From NCBI GenBank assembly GCA_031287685.1, contig JAITSQ010000028.1, positions 609-64,608 of the forward strand: DNA of 64,000 nt, written 5' to 3'. The notes below the pieces were generated by a model that was given only the letters and a program-made list of their open reading frames with translations, did not search any database and was not told the origin of the DNA. Position numbers and translations under genes: made by a program. Position 1 is the stretch's first letter. Each line of letters starts with the position of its first letter. The stretch comes from Clostridiales bacterium (GTDB lineage: Bacteria > Bacillota > Clostridia > Lachnospirales > WQUN01). Shown piece by piece: positions 27,797-37,336 of the stretch.

Positions 27797-30796
27797 ATGA
27801 GAAACACAAGGTTTTCCGGGCGCTTCGCGGCGTTTTTGCTGTCGTTCTTAGCGGCGGTTTCCGGCCTGCGCGTCCCGGCGCTCGCGTCGGGTTCCGTCAG
27901 CGTTGCGCTGTCTTATCAGGCGGACGGCAGCGGGTTTCGCCTGGCGCGGCGGGCAGTCGCCGTTTCGCCGGGGCTTTCGGAGGAATACGGGTACGCGGAC
28001 GCGTATTACGGCACGGCCGCGACTGCCCTTGACGCTATTGTCGCCGCGCATATCGCGGCGCTCGGCGAAGGCAATGTAAGCGGCAGCCTAACGGTCGGCC
28101 CGACGGGCTTTTTGTCAAACTTTATGGGCGACGGCTCCGGTAATTTCGTCTATTTCGTCAACGGCTCCCTCTCGGGCGCGGCGGCGGGTTCTGTGCGGCT
28201 GAACGACGGCGACGCCGTGGAACTATTCTCTATACAGGACGCCTACGCTTATTCAGACGCGCGCGCCTGGTTCGAGCGCGACGGTAAGCGTGCCGGCGCG
28301 CTTACCGTCGGCAAGGGCGTTAGTTTCGACCTCGCCCTCAAGGGGATTGATTGCGTAATTTACGGCGAAGGCTCCGGCGCGGGCCTTTACGGATACAGGG
28401 ACGGGATTGAGGGCGCGCTTGCCGTCCTTCTGGCGGACGACCCCGACGGCGGCGCTTATATCGACGCCCCCTTAGGCGAAACGGGCGCGGGCGGCGTTAT
28501 TTCGCTTTCTTTCGACACTCCGGGGCTGTATATCCTTTCGGCGATTGATTATGACACCGATTACGGCTTTCCGCTGATGTCGCCGTGGCTTGCGGTCACG
28601 GTGACGAATAGCGGCGGCGCGCCCGCGGTCACGTCAAGCGGCTTTGCCAACCCGCCGCCCGCGCCCCTCGCGCCGTCGGAAGTCCGGACCGACGCGCGGA
28701 CGGCCCTCGGCGACACTTTGTCGTACCTAGTCAGCAGCCAGGCCCCCTCCCCCCAATACGGGCAAGAGTGGGAAATCCTCGCTCTGGCCCGCTCCGGGCG
28801 CTCCGTCCCGGCTGGATATTACGAAGGGTATTACGCCAGCGTCAAGGACAAACTGGCGCGAGTCAGCTCGAATCAGCTCTCCGCCAATTCCACGGATAAT
28901 TCCCGCCTGGCCCTGGCGCTGACGGCAATCGGCGTTAACGCGGCTAACGCGGAGGGGCGCAATCTGCTCGCTCCCCTCGCGGATTATGACTACGCCACGG
29001 GTCCGGGCATAAACGGCGCGGTTTACGCGCTTCTGGCTTTCGACGCGAAAAATTACGCCATACCGCCCGCGCCCTCCGGAGGCGCCCAAACGTCGCGGGA
29101 GAATCTCATAGCGTTTATTCTGGCGCGGGAGCTTCCCGGCGGCGGCTTTTCGTGGAGCGGCGCGGGCGAGATAGACCCGGACATAACGGCAATGGCCCTG
29201 CAGGCCCTCGCGCCCTATAAAAACAGCAGCGCGGACGCCGGCGCGGCAATCGCGCGCGCTCTGGCCAAGCTGACGGCGGCGCAGGATTATTATGGCGGGT
29301 ACGCCTCGTGGGGCAGCGTCAGCGCGGAAAATATGGCGCAGGTCATAGTGGCGGCGGCGGCGCTCGGCCTTGACCCCTCGGCGGACCCGCAATTTACGAA
29401 AGGCGGCGGCAGCGCCGTTTCCGCGATGCTCCGGTTTTACGCGGACGGCGGCGGCTTCCAAAGCGCTTCCTCCCCAGGCGCGGCTAACGCCATGTCCACA
29501 TATCAAGCGGCTTACGCGCTCGCCGCCTATAGCCGCCTGCTGAATCACCAAAATCCGCTGTACGATATGCGCGACTGCGATATCACCCTGACGGAGGGCG
29601 GCGGCGGTCAGTCCGGCGGCGGGGGAAGCGGCCCCGGCGGCTCCACAAGCGCCGTCACGGAGATAACTGTCGTTTTCCGGCTAATCGGCGGCACAATACA
29701 CCTTGACGGCGCGGAGGGCCACTCTCGGTATATCGAATGGATTCCGTACTCGCGGTATAGTTTTGAGCAAAACCAAGTCAGCGTCTGCGACGCGCTGCTT
29801 CGCGCGCTGAACGAAGCGGGGCTTGACCAGGAGGGCGCGGAGGGCAATTATCTTTCGGGAATCCGCGCGCCCGCCTCTCTTGGCGGCTATTGGCTCCGCG
29901 AGTACGACGACGGGCCGTATTCCGGCTGGCTGTACTCGGTAAACGGCGTTTATCAGCAAACCGGCATTAAAGATTATCTGCTTTCCGACGGCGACGTCGT
30001 GCTCGTGCACTACACCGACGATTATACGCGGGAAACGAATCTTGACAATTCAGGCGGCGGCACGGGCGGCGGCGGGGTCTCCGGCGGCGGGGCGGCCAGC
30101 GAAACCGAGCCGCCCCCTATCGCCGCTTCCGAAACCGCGCCGCCGAAGGAAAACACGCTCCCCGACGACGAGGGCGAGGACCCGGACGAAAAAACCGACG
30201 CGCCGCGAGAATTCCCCTCGGAGGGCTGGGAAAACCCCTTCAGCGACGTTTCCTCCGACGACTGGTTTTATGAGGCGGTCCGAGAGGCCCAGACAAGCGG
30301 CTTAATGGTCGGGCTTCCCGACGGCTCTTTCGCGCCGGATTCCCCGGCGACGCGTGCTATGGCGGCGCAAATCCTTTTCCGGTTTGAGAAAGAACCCGAA
30401 GCGGCGGGCGCCGAATTTGACGACGTTAAATCTGGCGACTGGTACGCGGACGCGGTGGCTTGGGCCAGCGAGCGCGGCGTCGCCCAAGGGTACGGCGGCG
30501 GGCGCTTCGGCGCGGGCGACGGCCTCACTAACGAGCAGCTAGCGGTTATGCTGCGCCGCCTCGCCGGGCTGATTGGCATAGACACGACGGAAACGGAATC
30601 GGAACATTATCCGCGCTTCGCGGATACAGGCGGCGCTTCGGAATGGGCCGAAGCCGCCGTGAAATGGGCGTATCCTAAGGGTTTGCTTGCTCAAGAATCC
30701 CCGGAGGCGATTAACCCAAAAACCGTCCTGACCCGCGCCGAAGCCGCGCATATAATTACAACATTTTTGAAGCTTGCTGTACAGCGAAGTGAATAA
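27797..30796 (+). CDS. Secreted SLH-anchored protein with two DUF4430 domains and a prenyltransferase/transcobalamin-like alpha/alpha toroid
   Basis: AGGAGG SD before ATG 27797. Signal peptide is followed by a DUF4430-like segment, toroid repeats (GGGFSW, DPDITAMALQAL), a second DUF4430 segment (YSVNGVY...DGDVVLVHY) and three SLH motifs. Confidence 0.8.
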   Translation: MRNTRFSGRFAAFLLSFLAAVSGLRVPALASGSVSVALSYQADGSGFRLARRAVAVSPGLSEEYGYADAYYGTAATALDAIVAAHIAALGEGNVSGSLTVGPTGFLSNFMGDGSGNFVYFVNGSLSGAAAGSVRLNDGDAVELFSIQDAYAYSDARAWFERDGKRAGALTVGKGVSFDLALKGIDCVIYGEGSGAGLYGYRDGIEGALAVLLADDPDGGAYIDAPLGETGAGGVISLSFDTPGLYILSAIDYDTDYGFPLMSPWLAVTVTNSGGAPAVTSSGFANPPPAPLAPSEVRTDARTALGDTLSYLVSSQAPSPQYGQEWEILALARSGRSVPAGYYEGYYASVKDKLARVSSNQLSANSTDNSRLALALTAIGVNAANAEGRNLLAPLADYDYATGPGINGAVYALLAFDAKNYAIPPAPSGGAQTSRENLIAFILARELPGGGFSWSGAGEIDPDITAMALQALAPYKNSSADAGAAIARALAKLTAAQDYYGGYASWGSVSAENMAQVIVAAAALGLDPSADPQFTKGGGSAVSAMLRFYADGGGFQSASSPGAANAMSTYQAAYALAAYSRLLNHQNPLYDMRDCDITLTEGGGGQSGGGGSGPGGSTSAVTEITVVFRLIGGTIHLDGAEGHSRYIEWIPYSRYSFEQNQVSVCDALLRALNEAGLDQEGAEGNYLSGIRAPASLGGYWLREYDDGPYSGWLYSVNGVYQQTGIKDYLLSDGDVVLVHYTDDYTRETNLDNSGGGTGGGGVSGGGAASETEPPPIAASETAPPKENTLPDDEGEDPDEKTDAPREFPSEGWENPFSDVSSDDWFYEAVREAQTSGLMVGLPDGSFAPDSPATRAMAAQILFRFEKEPEAAGAEFDDVKSGDWYADAVAWASERGVAQGYGGGRFGAGDGLTNEQLAVMLRRLAGLIGIDTTETESEHYPRFADTGGASEWAEAAVKWAYPKGLLAQESPEAINPKTVLTRAEAAHIITTFLKLAVQRSE

Positions 30797-30906
30797 AAGC
30801 TGAAAAACCGTGATAAAACCCTCGAAAACCCGATGAAGTCATTGACCGCGGGCGCGAAACCAGCGACGCGGCCGGCAAACTCACGCGGGTTCCGGCGACG
30901 CCAAGC

Positions 30907-30937
30907 AAATTGCCAACCTTCGAGGTTGGCAATTTTT
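30907..30937 (+). terminator. Intrinsic terminator
   Basis: AAATTGCCAACC-TTCGA-GGTTGGCAATTT followed by TT. Confidence 0.65.
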
Positions 30938-31022
30938 GAGCTTAATAATTTACCTCGCTTGGGCGAAAACGGAGGCGCCTTGCCCATTTCCTCAAGGCGA
31001 TAAACAGCGCTACAGGTTGAAA

Positions 31023-31256
31023 CTACCGCGTGATTGCAGAGGTTTTAGTTTCCGCGTTCCAGGCGACATTTGCGCCCAAAGCCTCTGAAGGAAACCTCAA
31101 GGCCACAAACAAGCAGTCATTTCGGATTTGAGCGGAAACGTCCAGCTCAACCAGGCCGCCATTTACATAGTCTGGGAAAGAGAGGATAGTAAACGCCTGA
31201 AACTCAGGCGTCAATAAGGAAAACGGTTGTCCATTTTTCCAAGATGGCGTCTGTGT
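31023..31256 (-). pseudogene. Remnant of a copper-amine-oxidase-N-terminal ('stalk') domain protein
   Basis: VNGGLVELDVSAQIRNDCLFVALRFPSEALGANVAWNAETKTSAIT. The frame opens directly after an in-frame TAG, with no plausible N-terminus. Confidence 0.5.
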
Positions 31257-31310
31257 CTACATCAATATCTAAAATAAACAGATTCTCTTTTAGTATCACG
31301 ATATGGTAAT

Positions 31311-31351
31311 AGTACACTGTGTTTTAAGTACACTGTGTTTTAAGTACACTG
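31311..31351. repeat. Tandem repeat, 16-nt unit AGTACACTGTGTTTTA x 2.6
   Basis: Direct reading of the sequence. Confidence 0.9.
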
Positions 31352-31572
31352 GCAGTTAATTGAACCTTATTTTTGGAAGGAGTCCAAATTACTCGGCCAT
31401 ATTCATCAGGCTCATACAACCCCAACTTTCGTTCAGGATCGAAAGCGCCCTCTGTTTCAGGAGGAATGGGGGCATAAAGCCATCCATTCCGAATGAAAAC
31501 CTGCCCCGAAATGAGGGCTTTCAGTTTCATTGAAAAACAAATTAATGAAAGTATCCGCGTCAGGCGCGCCAA
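31324..31572 (-). CDS. Hypothetical small ORF (possibly a gene fragment)
   Basis: ORF only, in a lower-GC patch; its 3' end runs into the tandem repeat. Confidence 0.25.
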   Translation of the reverse strand: MARLTRILSLICFSMKLKALISGQVFIRNGWLYAPIPPETEGAFDPERKLGLYEPDEYGRVIWTPSKNKVQLTASVLKTQCT

Positions 31573-31633
31573 TAGCAGGCGTATTACCCGCCTGTGCGGA
31601 TATGGCAGGAATAACGCTCCTTATTAAAATCCC

Positions 31634-32728
31634 CTAATCCAAATAATCCTTCAATTTCTTGCTCCTGCTCGGGTGCCTCAGCTTCCGGAGCGCCTTCGCC
31701 TCAATCTGCCTAATCCGCTCCCGCGTCACCTTAAACTCCCGCCCGACCTCCTCGAGCGTCCTCGCCCTGCCGTCGTCCAGCCCGAAGCGCAGGCGGAGCA
31801 CCTTTTCCTCCCTGTCCGTGAGAGTATCAAGCACCTCCATAAGCTGCTCCTTGAGCAAGGTGAACGCCGCGGCCTCGGCGGGGGCCAGAATGTCCTCGTC
31901 CGGGATAAAATCCCCCAAGTGGGAGTCGTCCTCCTCGCCAATCGGCGTTTCGAGGGAAACCGGCTCCTGGGCGATTTTCGTGATTTCGCGCACCTTTTCG
32001 ACAGACATCTGCATTTCCTTGGCCAGCTCGTCCGCGGAGGGCGCGCGCCCCAGCTGCTGAAGAAGCTGGCGCTCCACGCGAATCAGCTTGTTTATCGTCT
32101 CGACCATATGCACGGGAATCCGTATTGTCCGCGCCTGGTCGGCAATCGAGCGCGTAATGGCCTGACGAATCCACCAGGTGGCGTAGGTGCTGAACTTGAA
32201 GCCCTTGCGGAAATCAAACTTTTCGACCGCCTTAATAAGGCCCAGGTTCCCCTCCTGAATCAAATCCAGAAACAGCATTCCGCGCCCGACGTATCTCTTG
32301 GCAATGCTCACCACCAGGCGGAGATTGGCCTCCGCGAGGCGCATTTTCGCGGAGGAATCCCCCTGCTCCATACGCTTGGCGAGTTCGATTTCCTCATTGG
32401 CCGAAAGCAGCGGCACCTTGCCGATTTCCTTAAGGTACATGCGCACGTGGTCGTCAATGCTGACGCTGCCGTCGGCAAAGGAAAGCTCTATGTCTTTTTC
32501 TATGTCCGCGTCCGCTGAATCGTCTAATATGTCTATACCCTGCTCCTCCAAATATTCGTTGATTCTATCAATCGCCTGCGCGGGTAAGTCGCAATCCGCG
32601 AAAAACGCGTCGACCTCTTTATGGTCAAGCATATTTTTCTGACTTTTGCCTATCGCCGCCAGTTCTTTCAAGCGATTCAGGAAGTCCGCCTCGCCGATTG
32701 CTGTTTTCAACCCTACCAATCCCTTCAT
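31634..32728 (-). CDS. rpoD: Primary RNA polymerase sigma factor
   Basis: Motifs [25 protein letters not shown] and region 4 [20 protein letters not shown]. Confidence 0.97.
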   Translation of the reverse strand: MKGLVGLKTAIGEADFLNRLKELAAIGKSQKNMLDHKEVDAFFADCDLPAQAIDRINEYLEEQGIDILDDSADADIEKDIELSFADGSVSIDDHVRMYLKEIGKVPLLSANEEIELAKRMEQGDSSAKMRLAEANLRLVVSIAKRYVGRGMLFLDLIQEGNLGLIKAVEKFDFRKGFKFSTYATWWIRQAITRSIADQARTIRIPVHMVETINKLIRVERQLLQQLGRAPSADELAKEMQMSVEKVREITKIAQEPVSLETPIGEEDDSHLGDFIPDEDILAPAEAAAFTLLKEQLMEVLDTLTDREEKVLRLRFGLDDGRARTLEEVGREFKVTRERIRQIEAKALRKLRHPSRSKKLKDYLD

Positions 32729-32789
32729 ATATACTGTATTCTTAACAATACGTGACCGTTGTATACAAAATCCCCGCCTGCGGGGCCTG

Positions 32790-34475
32790 TCAAGGGCGGT
32801 TCTCCCGTGTTTTAAGGTAATCCCGCGCGAGCAGGTCCGCCGCGAAGTATTCCTCCTCCGTGCTGGCGTTCGCTATCAGCCGGGCTATGTGCCCTTCCGT
32901 GACCGCGCGTATCATTTCCCGCACGGTCTTTTCGTCCGTTATGCTTTCGTCAAGCTCCGCGCCGCTTCCCGAAAGGATTTCGGCGGCCCGCGCCTGTTCC
33001 TCCGCCGTTTCGTACAGGCTGACTATTTCGGAGGGGCGGACCGGCTCCCCCGCCGGGGCGCGCCGCGTAATTTCGGCGAAGATGGCCCGGTGCGCCTCCG
33101 TCGGCATATACTCCGGCGTTAGCTCCGCCGCCGCGATTACCGCGAAGTCCGGATTTTCGGCCATTACGCGCAGAAGCGCGCCCGACGCGGTTATATAGCG
33201 CTCAGGTCTTGCTTGCGGCGCATAGAGCTGTGTTTTCGGCGGCCGGGCGGGCGGCGCCCCCTCCTTTGCCGCCCGCGTCTCGACCTCGGCGGCTATCCCC
33301 TCGGCCGGCAGGCGGAGCTTCTCCGAAAGCTCCTTTATATGTACGCTTCGCTCAATCGGGCTTCTGCCCGAAAGAAAGGCCGCCGCCTCGTTCACGAAGT
33401 CAACCTTTCCCGCCGCCGAGCTTATGTCGTGCTTTTCCATAACGCGGGATATTATAAAGCTCACGGAGCTTTCCGCGCCGCCGAGCGCCTCCCGCATTGC
33501 CCTCGGGCCGTATTTGCCTAAAAACTCGTCCGGGTCTTTAGCCCCGCCGAGCAGCAGAACCTTAACGGAAACCCCCGCTCCCTCCAGAATGGGAATGGCC
33601 CGCTCCGCCGCCTTTACCCCCGCTCCGTCGCTGTCGAAAAGAAGGGTGACCTTTTTCGCCCAACGCCGTATAAGGCCCGCGTGTTTCTCGTTAAACGCGG
33701 TGCCAAGGGAAGCCACGGTTTCGGCAAACCCCGCCGAATACATAGCTATGGCGTCCATATACCCTTCCGTCAAAATAAACTCCCCTTTTGCCGCTTTTTT
33801 AGCGAAATTTATCGCGTAAAGGTTCCGGCTTTTGTCAAACACTGGCGTGTCCGGGGAGTTCATATATTTGGCGGCCTCCTGACCGGTAAGGTCGCGTCCG
33901 CCGAAGCCCGCCACGCGCCCCTGCGAGTCAAAAATCGGGAACATCAGCCGCCCTCTGAATTTGTCTATAAATCCGCTTTTTGAGCGGGTAATCAGCCCGG
34001 CGGATAAAAGTATATCGTCAGAAAAGCCGTCGGACTTTAGTTTTTTCCGTAATAAATCCCAATTATTTGACGAATAGCCCAAGCCGAAGCGTATGCGCGC
34101 GTTTTTTGACAGGCCCCTGCCGTCCATATAGGCGCAGGCCCCCGCGCCCTCCTCCGTTTTGAGGTTGTCGTAAAAAAAACGCGCCGCCGCCTTGTTGACC
34201 CTGTAAATTTCCTCTTTTTTCGCCTGTTCCTCTTTTTCCCCGCGGGAAAGCTCTTTTTCCGGCAGGCTCACGCCGGCGCGCCGCGCCAGCCGTTCGACGG
34301 CCTCCGTGAAGTTCAGGCCTTCTTTTTTCATAACAAAGGTGTACGCGTTGCCCGACTCCCCGCAGCCGAAGCAGTGATAAAGCCCCCTGTCGGGGTTCAC
34401 GGAAAACGACGGCGTTTTTTCCTTATGAAACGGGCACAGCCCCATATATGACGCGCCCTTCCGCTGAAGCGCCAC
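32790..34475 (-). CDS. dnaG: DNA primase (start uncertain; homologous frame continues to ~34547)
   Basis: Zinc ribbon [11 protein letters not shown]...CFGCG and a TOPRIM region ([13 protein letters not shown]). GTG 34475 is the first canonical start. Confidence 0.9.
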   Translation of the reverse strand: MALQRKGASYMGLCPFHKEKTPSFSVNPDRGLYHCFGCGESGNAYTFVMKKEGLNFTEAVERLARRAGVSLPEKELSRGEKEEQAKKEEIYRVNKAAARFFYDNLKTEEGAGACAYMDGRGLSKNARIRFGLGYSSNNWDLLRKKLKSDGFSDDILLSAGLITRSKSGFIDKFRGRLMFPIFDSQGRVAGFGGRDLTGQEAAKYMNSPDTPVFDKSRNLYAINFAKKAAKGEFILTEGYMDAIAMYSAGFAETVASLGTAFNEKHAGLIRRWAKKVTLLFDSDGAGVKAAERAIPILEGAGVSVKVLLLGGAKDPDEFLGKYGPRAMREALGGAESSVSFIISRVMEKHDISSAAGKVDFVNEAAAFLSGRSPIERSVHIKELSEKLRLPAEGIAAEVETRAAKEGAPPARPPKTQLYAPQARPERYITASGALLRVMAENPDFAVIAAAELTPEYMPTEAHRAIFAEITRRAPAGEPVRPSEIVSLYETAEEQARAAEILSGSGAELDESITDEKTVREMIRAVTEGHIARLIANASTEEEYFAADLLARDYLKTRENRP

Positions 34476-34574
34476 GTGTTCGCCTATAAGCCCGGCTATG
34501 TCCGTGGCGCTTGTTACTTCGTCCAGAACGTACTGCGGATATAAAATAAAACCGCCCCCCGTTCACTTCTGAAT

Positions 34575-34727
34575 ATAGCAGTTGAACAATGGGTTGACGC
34601 GAACTTGCTCGGTGTTTCTGATTGTCTAAAAAAGATTTAGACAATCAGAAGCCTCCTCCTTGTTCGCGGAAAACCCATTTGTGAGACTGCCGCTCTTTTA
34701 CTTTTCATGGTTCAGGAAAAGTAAAAG
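34575..34727. repeat. Family D repeat, copy D1
   Basis: About 90% identical by eye to 53487-53639. Long hairpin GCAGTTGAACAATGGG...CCCATTTGTGAGACTGC plus hairpin CTTTTACTTTTC/GAAAAGTAAAAG. Confidence 0.85.
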
Positions 34728-34731
34728 AACT

Positions 34732-36633
34732 CTATGCCTTGTCCTTTATTTCCTTTAATATTCTGTCAATAAACGGCTGCGCGGGCTGTTCGCCCTCCTC
34801 GCCGGCGCGGCTCCGGACGGAAACCGTGCCCGCTTCGGCCTCCTTTTCCCCCACGACAAGTATATACGGAACGCGCCCGTTCCTTGCCTCGCGGATTTTG
34901 AAGCCGATTTTCTCGGCGCGCAGGTCGGTCTCAACGCGGATTCCAGCTGTGTCAAGCTTTTCGGCGACGGCGGAGGCGTAATCCGCGTATTTGTCCGAAA
35001 TCGGCAACACCGCCGCCTGCACCGGCGAAAGCCACAGCGGGAACGCCCCCGCGAAATGTTCGGTAAGAATTCCTATAAACCGCTCAATACTGCCGAAAAC
35101 GACGCGGTGAATCATCACCGGGCGGTGCGCGGCCCCGTCCGCTCCGACGTACTCAAGCCCGAACCGCTCCGGCATCTGGAAGTCCAGCTGAACCGTGCCG
35201 CACTGCCACGTCCTGCCGAGCGAATCCTCAAGGTGAAAATCAATTTTCGGGCCGTAAAAAGCCCCGTCGCCCTCGTTCACGGCGTAAGGGAGGTTAAGGT
35301 CACCGAGAGCCTCTTTCAGCGCGTTTTCGGCGCGCTCCCAGTCCTGGGCGGCGCCCATGCTGTCCTCTGGGCGGGTGGACAGCTCCACGTAATACTTAAA
35401 GCCGAATTTTGTGTAAACGCCGTCAATAAGCGCGATTACTCCTTTTATCTCGTCCTTGACCTGCTCCGGCGTCATAAAGATATGCGCGTCGTCCTGCGTG
35501 AAGGCGCGGACGCGCATAAGCCCGTGGAGCGTGCCGGATTTTTCGTGCCGGTGGACTATACCAAGCTCCCCCATTCTGAGCGGCAAATCCCGGTACGAGC
35601 GGGTGTTAAGCCCGTAAACGAGCATTCCGCCGGGGCAGTTCATAGGCTTCAGGGCGTGCTCCTTGCCCTCGATTTCGGTAATGTATATATTGTCCTTGTA
35701 GTGGTCCCAGTGGCCGGAGCGCTCCCATAGGGCCTTATCAAGCATAAGCGGGCTTAAAATCTCCTTATAGCCCGCCGCTTTATGGATTTCACGCCAGTAG
35801 TTTATAAGCTCGTTTTTCAAAATCATACCCTTGGGCAGGAAAAACGGGAAGCCCTGACCCTCCTCCAGAATGGCAAAAAGCTCAAGCTCCCGGCCGAGTT
35901 TGCGGTGGTCGCGCTTTTTGGCCTCTTCTATCCGCTCAAGGCGCTCGGCAAGCTGGCTGGCTTTCGGGAAGCTAACCCCGTAAATCCGCGTCAGCATCTG
36001 GTTTTTCTCGCTCCCTCGCCAGTACGAGCCTGACACGGACGTCAGCTTGACCGCTTTGACCGGCGCCGTGGTCATTAAATGCGGCCCCGCGCAAAGGTCG
36101 ATAAAATCCCCCTGTTTATAAAAAGAAAGCGGAGCGTCCTCCGGCAGGTCGTTTATAAGCTCTATCTTATACGGCTCGCCGCGTTCCCCCATAAGTTTAA
36201 GGGCCTCCGCGCGCGGCAGCTCGAAATACTCAAGAGGCAGCTCCTCTTTGGCGATTTTTTTCATTTCCTCCTCAATCGCCGGAAGCTCCTCGGCCAGCAT
36301 CGGCCGCGAAAACTCAAAGTCGTAATAAAACCCGTTCGCGACAGCGGGTCCGATGGCCAGCTTCGCGTCCGGGTAAAGGCGCTTGACCGCCTGCGCCATT
36401 ATGTGCGAGCTTGTGTGCCAGAACGCCTTTCTGCCGCCCTCGCCGTCGAAAGTTTCTATGGACGCCTCCGCGTCCGCGTCTATGGGAAAGCGCAAATCCC
36501 GCAAGCGGCCGTCCACGACCGCCGCGCACGCAGCCTTCGCGAGCCCCGCGCCTATATCCCCCGCGATTCGGGCGGGGCTTACGGCTTCGGCGTATTCTTT
36601 TACCACGCCGTCTTTCAGCGTTACTTTAATCAT
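34732..36633 (-). CDS. thrS: Threonine-tRNA ligase
   Basis: TGS start MIKVTLKDG, class II motifs, and an AAGGAG SD before ATG 36633. Confidence 0.97.
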   Translation of the reverse strand: MIKVTLKDGVVKEYAEAVSPARIAGDIGAGLAKAACAAVVDGRLRDLRFPIDADAEASIETFDGEGGRKAFWHTSSHIMAQAVKRLYPDAKLAIGPAVANGFYYDFEFSRPMLAEELPAIEEEMKKIAKEELPLEYFELPRAEALKLMGERGEPYKIELINDLPEDAPLSFYKQGDFIDLCAGPHLMTTAPVKAVKLTSVSGSYWRGSEKNQMLTRIYGVSFPKASQLAERLERIEEAKKRDHRKLGRELELFAILEEGQGFPFFLPKGMILKNELINYWREIHKAAGYKEILSPLMLDKALWERSGHWDHYKDNIYITEIEGKEHALKPMNCPGGMLVYGLNTRSYRDLPLRMGELGIVHRHEKSGTLHGLMRVRAFTQDDAHIFMTPEQVKDEIKGVIALIDGVYTKFGFKYYVELSTRPEDSMGAAQDWERAENALKEALGDLNLPYAVNEGDGAFYGPKIDFHLEDSLGRTWQCGTVQLDFQMPERFGLEYVGADGAAHRPVMIHRVVFGSIERFIGILTEHFAGAFPLWLSPVQAAVLPISDKYADYASAVAEKLDTAGIRVETDLRAEKIGFKIREARNGRVPYILVVGEKEAEAGTVSVRSRAGEEGEQPAQPFIDRILKEIKDKA

Positions 36634-36924
36634 AGCAATCTCCTTTGTCAGTATTATTTCGTAACGGGGAACCCGCGCGGCGTTCGGAGGCACGTTTCTT
36701 CATCAATAGTTACTTCCGCGAATATCTACCATTATTTTTATGCCGCGTCTTTTCGCGCTATCCGCCGAGCCGCCGAAAACTTAAGGCGCCCTTCGTTTTT
36801 TCATAGCTATAACAAAAGCGCAATATTGAGATTATTATATCACTTCCGGCGGGATTTTGTCCATAAGTAAATGTAAGTTTTGCCAGCGCGGATATTTTTA
36901 TGTATAAATTTTTGTAAATTTTTC

Positions 36925-36953
36925 TTGACTTTTTTCTCGAAACAGTGTATTAT
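36925..36953 (+). promoter_or_regulatory. Putative promoter of rpsF-ssb-rpsR (TTGACT-17 nt-TATTAT)
   Basis: Hexamers at 36925-36930 and 36948-36953. Confidence 0.4.
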
Positions 36954-37027
36954 AATTATTACCGCGCCGAAAGCGCGTATCCTTGCTTCAAGCTTCGCTT
37001 GAGGCCAAGACCATAAGGAGGTGCAGT

Positions 37028-37312
37028 ATGAACAAGTATGAAATGGCGCTTGTGCTCAAACCGATTGAGGAAGCCGCCGCCAAAGAGGAATTTGAGAAAA
37101 TCAGCGGGATTATAACCCGTTTCGAGGGTTCGATCGATAAGGTTGACGAGTGGGGCAAACGCCGCCTCGCCTACGAGATTGATAAACTCAACGAAGGCGT
37201 CTATTATTTCGTTACTTTCCTGGCGGAGCCTTCCGCCCCGAAAGAAATCGAGTCCCGCGTGCGTATACGTGAAAACGTGCTTCGTTACTTGATTATCCGT
37301 GTCGATGAATAA
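37028..37312 (+). CDS. rpsF: 30S ribosomal protein S6
   Basis: MNKYEMALVLKP...WGKRRLAYEI. Confidence 0.95.
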   Translation: MNKYEMALVLKPIEEAAAKEEFEKISGIITRFEGSIDKVDEWGKRRLAYEIDKLNEGVYYFVTFLAEPSAPKEIESRVRIRENVLRYLIIRVDE

Positions 37313-37336
37313 GTCGGAATAATTAAGGAGTAATTT

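Noticed and set aside
30042-30305. Basic 87-aa ORF and other overlapping frames inside the SLH protein linker.
   Set aside because: They overlap the Gly/Pro/Glu-rich linker of a well-supported long ORF and are a low-complexity artefact.
36634-36960. Looked for a T-box leader upstream of thrS, which is common in Firmicutes.
   Set aside because: Only a weak resemblance was found (AATAATGGTAGATATTCGCGG vs the GGUGGUACCGCG T-box core). There is no terminator/antiterminator pair with a U-tract and no clear specifier loop. It is not called; a cmscan with RF00230 would settle it.
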